DNA of 64,000 nucleotides, taken from Enoplolaimus lenunculus (lineage: Eukaryota). The stretch is from assembly GCA_030248215.1 (NCBI GenBank), contig JASANG010002214.1, positions 372,001 through 436,000 of the forward strand, read 5' to 3'. The notes below the pieces were generated by a model. The model searched no databases. It saw only the letters and a program-made list of their open reading frames with translations, and was not told the origin of the DNA. Position numbers and translations under genes: made by a program. Of this stretch, positions 50,510 to 61,042 are shown one piece after another. Position 1 is the stretch's first letter. Each line of letters starts with the position of its first letter.

Positions 50510-52016
50510 CTGGTTGCGTAGAATCGATATATGTTTCGGGCAGAGGTGTATCTAGAAGAAATGCTAACTGCCTTATTTAGCCATCATTAACGAATTGTCA
50601 ATTTTTTTCTTAACAACCAATATTTTAGTAGCTTTTCAGCGGTGTCGTATCAAAAGTTAACACTTCTTCTGGATATTCCACTGGTTTCGAGTATTAATAT
50701 TTAGTGGCTAAACATTTTTGCGCTATGAATTGTGTAATTTGATTGGTTGCGAAGGTTTTGTTTGCCAATTTTCACCAATGTTTACTCTTAGGGGCGAAAC
50801 AGCCGCATACGCGTATTAGTAAGGCTAAATCTAAGGATAAGTTTAAAACTAAGTCTAAGTAAAAGATTGGTGTAACGGTTGCGCTTACTTTACTGAAGTC
50901 CAGCTGAAAAACTCGTAGCCCCTAAAACGTGATATGGGCGTAATAGTTGCTGAGGTTGAAATTTTATTCTTATGGCAGTATTTAGTCTACAAACACTATA
51001 AATCTCAAAAAATAATTTAAGCGGCATCAATTTAATTTTTGAATCTCAGGTAGGTATATTTTCTACGCTGTTCTGAGTATCATCCATCTCCGACTGCAGC
51101 AGAAAATCGGTATATTGCTGATTTTTTTTCTGGTGTTAATACGAAATTATTGGAATTATTTTTAAAATTTTAATCATTACTCACTAAAAAATATACTTAA
51201 AATTAAGTAAAACTGTTGCCGAATTAAGTGTCGGATTTACTTACTATGGTGCTTGGCAAAGTTTTACTTATTGTACGCAAACACAAAATATTTACCTTTA
51301 CATATATACTTAAAAAGTTAGTAAAATATAACTAGTTTTTAAGTAGAGTGTTTTTACAGAGTACTGGGCAACTGTTACTTACGTTGAGAACAATGTTTAG
51401 GCTATTAGCCGAACCACGGGTGCTTGGCCCCTTGTGGTAAAAATTGGGGCCCTTAGAAAATTTTAAGCTCAAGCTTAAATTAACGTGAAAACCCACCGAA
51501 TGCCCTTTTTAAAACTATTTTGGTCTAAAGCATGTTGGACTGGCTATCGGCCTGGCAGTGTCTACGAAAAACGGTATTTAGTTGGGTTTCTGGTGGATTT
51601 TCATTTGATATTTTTAGGTATAACTGTTAACTATATGATTATTTGGCCAAATGTTAAGTTCTGTTAAGTAAGTTTATGCCGGTATTTTCACACCTCTTGT
51701 TGTAAATTGGCAGAACAATAAAATATACCATCGTAAAAATTTTGATTGTTTTCTGCTTGATATTTCTTTTATTTTTGTTAATAAATAAATGTTGCGTTAT
51801 TGAGTCGAGCGCTACTTGTTCTGCTGCCGTCTTTATGTAGCCTCAAGTTTGAAAACTGCCCTCTATCTTCCACAACGTCAGCAGTTTACTAAATACCGCA
51901 TCTATGGCGAAAGTGGACGTGGCTAATTTGACCGACCTATGACGCAGGCAGCTCCATACATTCCAAAAACTGGGGAATTTGATATTTTGAAAGCAGTATG
52001 CCGATGAATTTTTAGG

Positions 52017-52673
52017 CAGGGTGTAAAACAGATAGTAAAAACCGGAAACGGAAACGGATAGTGATCAAAATAAACAGAAACGGAAAACGGATTTTGAATT
52101 ACCAAATTTAAAAATATTTTTCTGCATACGCAGTTGCTTCCTGCATAAATTCACTAGTCTTTCTAAAGTTGAAAAGAAAAATGGAGGATGTATCGAAATT
52201 TTTTAAGATATTGGATAGATTTCGTAATTCTTATTTTACACCCTACTTTTGGGTGATTCAATTTTTTAAAAATTACCTTGCGAAGTTTTCGCCTCGACGT
52301 TCTTTATAGCATAGTTTATTAAGCTGGATATCTCTTCCAGGTAAAAATCGATGTCCGTTTCAGGAATGCCGACATTTCCGTTATTTTTATATTTAAAATT
52401 AGTTATAAAACACGTTTATAATCGCGCAATTTTTCATTATTCCGCATATGCTCTTTTTCAAAATGATAATAATTACGGAATTCGTCACAAGTTTTTTAAA
52501 CTTTGGTGCATCCGCTATTTTTTCTGCAAAATTTTGGAAAGTTTAGTGAATATATGCATGTCTCGATTGTGTCGGTGCGACAAACATCTTTGAAAATTTT
52601 TATACTTCAATTTCTGTTTCCGTTATTTTGATCAATGTCCATTTCCGTTATTTTCGCTACCGTTCACACTCTG
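52017..52673. mobile_element. Two CAGGGTGTAAAC-family hAT MITE pieces in inverted arrangement
   Basis: A forward piece starts CAGGGTGTAAAAC at 52017; a reverse piece ends CCGTTCACACTCTG at 52673. Confidence 0.6.
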
Positions 52674-52943
52674 CTCAACAGTAATATTCTATTTTTGCCG
52701 TCCAACACCAAAGTTGGGCCAAGTTCAGTTGGTCCAGGCCTGGACAGGGGGAGGAGTGAAAAACGGTGTTCTACTCTGTTCAGAAAGTAAGTGAGTGCAT
52801 ATGCAAATTTTGTCTAAGTAAAAATATATCCCATTTTTCTTACAGTTGGTGTTTGTCGCAAGGTTTGTGGTATGGGCTGACGTTTATTTTCAGCATCTGC
52901 GGGAAGGTTTTGTTGGTTGCAGTAATACAAACTACCAAATATA

Positions 52944-53155
52944 TACTGCAAAAAATGGTGAGCCAAATTGACTCTCTCCGAAATAGGCTTTTCCGGACTT
53001 TAGTCAAAATTCGACTCCACCATAGTCAAATTGGACTAACTGAGTCGCTCGGTGAGTCGAATTTGACTCTGGCGGAGTCGAATTTGACTCAGTTTGTGTA
53101 GTCCGTAAAAGCCTATTTCAGAGAGAGTCAATTTGAGTCATCATTTTTTGCAGTG
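52944..53155. mobile_element. CACTA/EnSpm-like MITE
   Basis: TACTGCAAAAAATGGTGAG (consensus CACTG) ... TCATTTTTTGCAGTG; TA on both flanks; homologous to 23688-23905. Confidence 0.78.
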
Positions 53156-54105
53156 TACTGGAGTATATTGTATAGAAGTACGATACAAAATGACAAATTT
53201 TCTCTCAGAAAAACGATTCTCGTAAAGGCACTGGATTTGCCACCGGCTGCTGATGTTAAATGATCTTCTGAATACCATCTCGGAACAATATTTAACTATC
53301 AACAACAGCAACATGTTTGTGCAGATGAGTCGAGAAAATTTTAGGTTCAACATGAGCGTATGCGTGCGATTTTGGAGTATTTACAAAAGCGAGGTCAAAA
53401 CTGTTGGCAAACGACGGTAAAAAAATTTTTGTAACAGGGTAAGCCATCTTTCTTCCGTTGGCTACGGGTACGACACAACACACGACCTCAATAACAACAA
53501 TAACAATATATCTAAGCTGCAATATCGCACGAGACATAAACAAAGTTAAAAGCAATTGAAAACAATTACAAAATGCAGTTTACCCAAATATTGTTCTGTT
53601 TATATATGCGCTTTAAAAGTCATATATGAACTCAAAGTTGTAGCTGTATATACACAATTCTTGCAAGAGCGCTTTTGGTGTGTGTTGTGTTTGCTTCAAT
53701 GCAGTGATTGCATTTTTGCTTTATGCTTTGAGCACACGAGGGCACAACATAGGTTAAATATTGTATTTTTGCTTCTTTTCTTTTGTTTTTCGATATTATG
53801 TTTTTCTTTTGTTTTTGCGAGAATATATTTGAGCTATTCATCGGAACAGTTAAGGTGCTTTTTTGGTTACTGTGGCCACTCACTAAGGTCAAGAGTGGAT
53901 GATTGTCACTCTTAATAGATAAGAGTATGCAACTACTGGGATTCTATATGGTGCAAAATAAACCATCGCGTGTGGTATTTTTGCCCGATCTTCCTTAGAC
54001 TGAGGAGAAGTCACCACTTAAACCACGTAGTAAACAGGCTTAAGAATATAATCCGAGTTACTTAAGCTAAAATTCAAAATATTAGTGTAACGTACCCCCT
54101 TAAAC

Positions 54106-54715
54106 GGGTCTTTCCCATTACCTCTCTTAGCTCGCTTTTGCCCAAAAATGGTATGATTTTGAAAATTTTTCGATTGAGGTTCTCACGACCTCACCTTATC
54201 ATGACACGCCCTAACTTGAGTTTTTAAGAATACGTTTTTAAAGACTTCTAGGTCCCCCTTGGCACCCAAATTTTATTTGTCAAAACTATTAACAAATTGT
54301 ACACCATTTGATGCAGCTTGCAGCACTGAGTCCAATCGTGCTAAATTTTTTGCAATCGGACGATTGGTTAATTAGTTATTGTCAAACAACTGATTTGGCA
54401 GACTGCCAACGATTTGGGACGGCGCCAAATCAGCTATTTGACAATAACTCGTTAACCAATCGCCTAATTGCAAATAATTTAACACCATTCGAATCAGCTC
54501 TGCAAGCTGCATCGAATGATAATGGGGAGATTCGGACCTTAAAATATCGAATGATAATGGGAAGATTCGGACCTTAAAATATCGAACTTTTCAAAAATTC
54601 AAATTTGGGCGTGGCGTAATTAGCGGAGGTCATAAAAAGCTCAAATATGCAAAAAATTTCAAAATCGAACCATTTTTGGGCAAACTCGGCTAAGGAAGAA
54701 CAGCGGAAAAGACCC
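54106..54715. mobile_element. Element with long (over 100 bp) diverged inverted arms
   Basis: GGGTCTTTCC..TTGCCCAAAAATGGT..GATTTTGAAA..CACGCCC pairs with GGGCGTG..TTTCAAAATC..ACCATTTTTGGGCAA..GGAAAAGACCC; internal duplication of about 35 bp at about 54511-54581. Confidence 0.6.
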
Positions 54716-55153
54716 AAATAAACGAGGGGTTGACCAAAAACGCAACGTGTGCTGACTACATTCTTTTGTACACTGAATGTACCCAGTTGTACACTCTTGC
54801 CGTTGCGTAATTATCCACTCTTCCAAATATTAATATATAGTCGCCAGCTTACCTCCGACGACATATACAAAAATGTTCAGTTGACTACAAAAATGTTTAA
54901 TAAATTGCTCAGTTGATAGGTTCTTTCAAGTTTTATCATTTTGAAAGTTAGAATTTCTTGAGAATATTTGTTGGCTTTGTTAGTTTTTTACTGCTTTGAA
55001 AAATCTAAGAAATACAAATTGTGTAAAGATTATATTTCAGTGGTTTCTTTCAAAATTACCCGTACACAACGATTTGGAAGGGTTCAAAATAAAATACGTT
55101 AAAACTGATGCAAACCATGTGTAGTAAAAAACGACTTTACAAACAGGGTTCGG

Positions 55154-55534
55154 CAGGGTGTAAACAGATAGTAAAAATAACGGAAACGGAAAACGGATAT
55201 TGAAGTAGACATATATAGATTTCGAGTGGGTTTTATTTTTCTGCCAACACAATTGAGAACTGTAAATGTTCACCGGGATTCTAAAATTTCGAAGAAAAAT
55301 GGCGGATGCACCAAATTTTTAAGATTATAGAAGAATATCGCATTTTTTGTTTCAGTTCAAACAATTGTAGCAAATCTGTAATTAAAAATTGCGGGAATTT
55401 TATGTAATTTATAACTAATCTTGAACGTAACAATAATAGCGAATATCTGGTAGTTCTATATCGAAAACGGAAACGGAAACGGATACCGATTTTTACCGGA
55501 AATGGAAACGGAAAGGGATACCCGGTTCACCCTG
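55154..55534. mobile_element. hAT-type MITE (CAGGGTGTAAAC family)
   Basis: Perfect 8-bp TSD GGGTTCGG; CAGGGTG / CACCCTG termini. Confidence 0.9.
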
Positions 55535-55575
55535 GGGTTCGGTTTTTGTATATATAATTTTCTCCGCACATTTAA

Positions 55576-55837
55576 CCCTTTCTCACATGAATATTTTCTA
55601 TTTCCCATGAGACCTACTTTTATGCTAGGATTCGAACTCAGCGACAGGAGTGGGAGGCGTATACCATCACCACTCAGCTATAGGAGCTTGACGCTCGAGG
55701 CCGAGGGGGCTCTCACGTCTTGTGGTGATTTAGTACTATGTATACGTGTTGCAATTGTTAAACACGGTGCGATATATATTATTTAACATATATACACTGC
55801 GCTGAGTTGCCTATAGGCAACTCAATGTGAGAAGGGG
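55576..55837 (-). mobile_element. piggyBac-type MITE with tRNA-like A/B boxes, copy 3
   Basis: TTAA TSD on both sides (55572-55575, 55838-55841); TIRs CCCTTTCTCACAT / ATGTGAGAAGGGG. Confidence 0.92.
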
Positions 55838-56818
55838 TTAAAGAAGAGGCTTACGCTTAAGCATAAGTTTAGGATAATGTTAACGCAAATGATTTTCCTT
55901 GTTCAATTGCTTTAATAAATTTAACACAACAAGACATTTTGACTAATAAAACAGTTTATAGGTAATATCTGCTTGCAGGGTGTAAATCGGATGTTCGTTT
56001 CGGCTAAAAATCAATATCAACATCCAGTTCCATCCCAGAGAATAACATTGGTCCTGTTGGGTACGGTCTGCCTCGAGTGTTTTTTGCTCATACAGGGCAA
56101 TATTTGTAGGACGCAATAGTATGGTCTCATAGATTTTATCGATGCATTTTGCAGCCAATGGTGGATCCTAGGCAGTCCATCTTAGCCTTCCCAACAGGGA
56201 TCAAAGTCAAAATATTGTATGAAGGTTTAGCACTAAAATGGCGTTTGGTTTATCAGTTGCGAGTTTTTTCACCAATACATCTCGCAGGCACCTTTTCATA
56301 AATTTCTGAATCTGTCACTGTTTTCAACTGCATGGCACGAGATATTGTAAGCCATCAAGATAATAGCCGACAGTCATCTTACGACTCCAACTTTTTAGTG
56401 AACTTTTTCATATTTGTATACCCGTTGATCTAACGCTTCTCTACCGGCTTCACTTAGTTCCGGTTTCGGCTATCGCAAAATATTTGTTGACTTCTGGCTT
56501 CAAATTTTACTATTTTCACTGTTGCTTTCAACCGATACTGAAGGAAAACTAAGATTGATTTTTCGGTGCCTGTTTGTTGAAAAACAATCGGCCTATGTTA
56601 AATCATTGAGGGTTGGAAAAATCAACAATGTAACGCAGTATGAAGTGACAAACTAGCTTACGACCAAACTTGACGGCATCTACCGGAAGAAATAGTCCTG
56701 CGATATTGAAGCCGAAGCTGGAGGATGTTAAAATCTTCGGAAACCGGAAACGGATGTAATTTCGAAAATGACAGTTCAACTTCTTTAATACAAATGGTGT
56801 TTGATTTATGTTGAAAAT

Positions 56819-57500
56819 CAGTAGTGAACGTTCCACATGTGGGTCTCCGGTTAGCTGTCAGTAGTGAACGTGGGACGTCGGCTGGCTGTCAGTAGTGAAC
56901 GTGGGACGTCGGCTGGCTGTCAGTAGTGAACGTGGGACGTCGGCTGGCTGTCAGTAGTGAACGTGGGACGTCGGCTGGCTGTCAGTAGTGAACGTGGGAC
57001 GTCGGCTGGCTGTCAGTAGTGAACGTGGGACGTCGGCTGGCTGTCAGTAGTGAACGTGGGACGTCGGCTGGCTGTCAGTAGTGAACGTGGGACGTCGGCT
57101 GGCTGTCAGTAGTAAACGTGGGACGTCGGCTGGCTGTCAGTAGTGAACGTGGGACGTCGGCTGGCTGTCAGTAGTGAACGTGGGACGTCGGTTGGCTGTC
57201 AGTAGTGAACGTGGGACGTCGGCTGGCTGTCAGTAGTGAACGTGGGACGTCCGTTGGCTGTCAGTAGTGAACGTGGGACGTCCGTTGGCTGTCAGTAGTG
57301 AACGTGGGACGTCGGCTGGCTGTCAGTAGTGAACGTGGGACGTCCGTTGGCTGTCAGTAGTGAACGTGGGACGTCGGCTGGCTGTCAGTAGTGAACGTGG
57401 GACGTCGGTTGGCTGTCAGTAGTAAACGTGGGACGTCGGCTGGCTGTCAGTAGTGAACGTGGGACGTCAGCTGGCTGTCAGTAGTGAATGTTCCGCATGT
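56819..57500. repeat. GC-rich tandem array of about 20 copies of a 31-bp unit
   Basis: Unit CAGTAGTGAACGTGGGACGTCGGCTGGCTGT with a period of 31 from 56860 to 57480; longer variant units at both borders. Confidence 0.97.
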
Positions 57501-59048
57501 GCAACTTTTACTTGTAAGTTAGCCGAAGTGGCTTATGTGGAAGTTCAACAGATAGCGTGGTAAGAAATCATCATTAGAGTGAAACTTCAACACGTCAAAA
57601 GGTAAGAAAATTAGAGTAGCCTTTGATTGCTTAGCTCGCATGCCTCCGAAGGATTTCACCAATATTATTTTACTTTCAATTTATAATTTCAAGCGTCATC
57701 AAAAGGATCCACGTCGTTCAGAACCAAACGATCCTTCGTATTACTTGATCCTTGCATGTATACGTTCCCTGCTCCACCTGGTCTACACGATGCACTTTGT
57801 ACAATTTTATACACAAACCACAGTTTTTTTCGGCTGGGTACACTGTTGCGAAATCTGAAACAGCCGACGCTAACAACCGGTGCTACAGTTTTATTGCTGG
57901 CTTGTATATCGAAGATCGTGGTGTACACCCTGTGCCTGGAAAACAATTTTACGTTTGTGGCGAAAAATTTTTATTTTTACGAACAACCCGTGTGTGTGTG
58001 TGCGCGCAAAATGAGCTATAATAAACTCAAGCTTTTCCGGGTTGGCCGCCCCACCACAGTTTATAATGTTTATATTATTGCAAGACGTTTTTGCTGGTGC
58101 AACGGTGGCGATACAGCGAGAAGAAAAATGCTCCAACGCACAACAGCAAGCAACCAGATCAATTTCTTCGGTTTCTGTGTACGCATCACTGTTGTGTTTA
58201 ATTCATTGCTACTTTTTAATGATCACAAAAACAAATTTTGGGTGCACGCGGTAGTTTCGTAGAAAATTTATGTTTAAAGCATTTTTTTGCTTAAAATGCA
58301 ATCGTTACGTATTTTGTTCAACCTGGCGATAATCTTACGATGTATACTGCGAGCGCGGACTCGAAACCAATGGAGGGCCAGGGGCCGCTTTACAAATTTT
58401 TGACTGCCTAAAACATTTTTTGTTTCCGTACAAAATTTTAGCTCTGCCTAGAAAACTTTTAGCCCACTGGTGAGTTGCGAGAAATAAGCACAGGATCTCC
58501 AAAAAATTTCCTGCCGTTTCAGAGCATGTTGGACTTGCCGAGGGCCTATGCGAATGAGCGTTTTTAAGAGATATGAGATTGTTTTTGTTTTCTAATTTAT
58601 CATGGCTGCCACCGCAATTTGTTCATTGATGAAATGTTATTTGATTTTTGAAAGTAAAATGACGTTCTACTGATTTCTGAAGTTAAATGTATTAGCAAAG
58701 TCAGCTGGCTACGGATATGGACCTGGCTTGGCGCGAACAAATATTCAGCCACAGGTACCAGCTGGGACCGTTGCAAACGGGGGCCAGGTCCAAGCTGTGC
58801 TCAGTTATCATCGCAGAGAATTTTACTCAGAACCCTAGAATGCAATAGCTTCGCTTATTCGTCATGCGGAATTCATGCATTCATCTCAGTCTCTTGCTGA
58901 CCTGGCTAAGGGTTCAGCGCCAACCAATGGCGAATTCAGAAGTTTTATCGGGCGCAAGAGGATATACTTTGAGCTTTTGAAGCAGCGCCGAAATTGCAAA
59001 TTTTTTTATTTCCTACTGAATTCACGAAATATTTTTCAGTTATTTGGC

Positions 59049-59461
59049 CAGGGTGTAAACGGATAGTAAAAATAACGAAAACGGAAACGGATAGTAATCG
59101 AAGTAACGGAAGCGGAAATGGAATACAGATATTGAAAAATATAAATTTCAAAAAGGTTTTCTTTTTCTGCCAATACAATTGAGACGTGCAAATGTTCGCA
59201 ACGGATTTTCTAAAATTTTGAAGAAAAAATGACGGTTGCACCGAAATTTTTAAGATTATGCATAAATATCGTAATTTTTGTTTCAGTTCGCACAATTGCA
59301 GTACGCCTGAAATAAAAAAATTGCAAGAAATTTACGCAATTTTATAACTAATTTTGAACGTAAAAATAATCAAATTTTCGAGTATTTCTGTAACAGAAAC
59401 GGAAACAGAAACGAATACCGATTTTTACTGGAAACGGACACTGATATCCGGTTAAACCCTG
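59049..59461. mobile_element. hAT-type MITE (CAGGGTGTAAAC family)
   Basis: CAGGGTGTAAACGG ... CCGGTTAAACCCTG; TSD TATTTGGC/TATTTGAC (7/8). Confidence 0.88.
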
Positions 59462-60703
59462 TATTTGACAATAAAACGCATTTTTGATGTTCGAATGAAA
59501 CCCATTTGCATCTCAAAATGTTCATCACGGCAGGACTACTGGCCAGTATGCATTATCTTTCCTTTTTTGATCCACCTTAAGCGGAACAATTTTAGCTTAA
59601 ACAACAGGATCAATTTCACAGCGACGTCTTATTTTTAGTCAGACGGTTCGCGTGACTGATTTAAATTTAAACGACAAAGATTTAAACTTTTAAAGTCGAA
59701 GAATGTCAAGCAGCACAACGAGAGGGCGTTGCGTACAAGTGCATTGCGTATCTTACAGGCCCCCCAAGTACTTAAAAACAAACTAAGCAAAGTCTAGTGT
59801 TTTTTGGGGTGGGGGGGGGGGCGAAGAACAAGCTTTAGTGCGCCGTTTGCGATTTATTTAGAACTGCAGCAACAACGTAGGTGTGTTTCTGCGTTGCAAT
59901 TTTGCACTAAATGTATGATTGCGCTTGCTATGATATATAATATATTGATATTTCTATTTTGTAGGGGAAAAACCTGCATTGCACGCTTGTAAAAGCTGCA
60001 AACGAGGCGTTTAGGGGGACGTGGGTGAATGTATATTGAAGCTGAAGAATATTTAAAATGAATCATAAACGAAATTTTTACCTTTTCTCGTAGCTTGAAA
60101 TATTACACCGTTTGGTTATGAACATTCAATCAAGTATGATCATCAATAAATTTAACCTCAATAAAGTCAATGATTATTAAAGTTTTTGAATTTCGACCAT
60201 TCTGTAAAATAATTTTTGTGTTTCTTATTTAGCGACTTACTAGCGGATCCAGAGGGGTAGCGCAGGGGGGGGCGTTCACCCCTTTTCTTCAGATAATTTT
60301 ATGTTATTAAATGAAATTGAGGTTTCTACCTTACAATTTTCACTCCGCTCAGAAAATCGACGCATAAATGTATGGCATGCAGGAAAATTGCGTTTCATAG
60401 CATTTGTTCGCATCTTTTCCAGGTTAAAAATTTCTGGTTCCGCCGCCGCAGCCAGAAATGGTTATTTGATAGAACGTCGCTCTCACATTAAATTTTATAC
60501 TTTACCAAAACCTACGCCTAAAAACTCAACATACGCGTTCGCCTATTAAGCCTATTTTGTTTTTCTAGCTCATTTTATAAGGTGGAATGAATAAGTACCA
60601 CAGTGGTTTTTTGATACAATATTTGAAACCACACGTTTCAGTTTGAATTTCAGGGACGAACAATACATTAAAAATAGTACATAATAGTCCCTATTTCGCC
60701 CAG

Positions 60704-60710
60704 TATAAAG
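60704..60710 (+). promoter_or_regulatory. Candidate TATA box of the collagen IV gene
   Basis: GTATAAAG about 115 bp upstream of the first ATG (60822). Positional evidence only. Confidence 0.35.
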
Positions 60711-60821
60711 CGCATATTTGCGCAATATATGGCTAAAACAACATAATCAACTGACCAAAAGACACTCAGATTTGACGTCTACAAACAAGCACTCATAGCG
60801 CTCTTAGCCCTCTAACCCGAT

Positions 60822-60956
60822 ATGAGAGCAATGGAGTGCTCAAGGACTAGTTGCAGTGAATTGGATGTACATTTAAATAACCAACTGTTAGACAACGACT
60901 GTTTTCAATTTCGCAATCGCTCATTTAATTCCTGCCAAAACCACAGACGCAATACC

Positions 60957-61042
<86 letters not shown>

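Noticed and set aside
56819..57500. CRISPR-like array (31-bp repeat)
   Set aside because: No spacers; it is a plain tandem repeat.
50600..60700. Head-to-head partner collagen IV gene or another protein-coding gene (e.g. ORF 57756-58262; a QGTYTC Ig-like fragment near 57750)
   Set aside because: No Gly-X-Y exons or consistent exon chain could be built; the region is mostly MITEs and a satellite. A divergent gene cannot be fully excluded.
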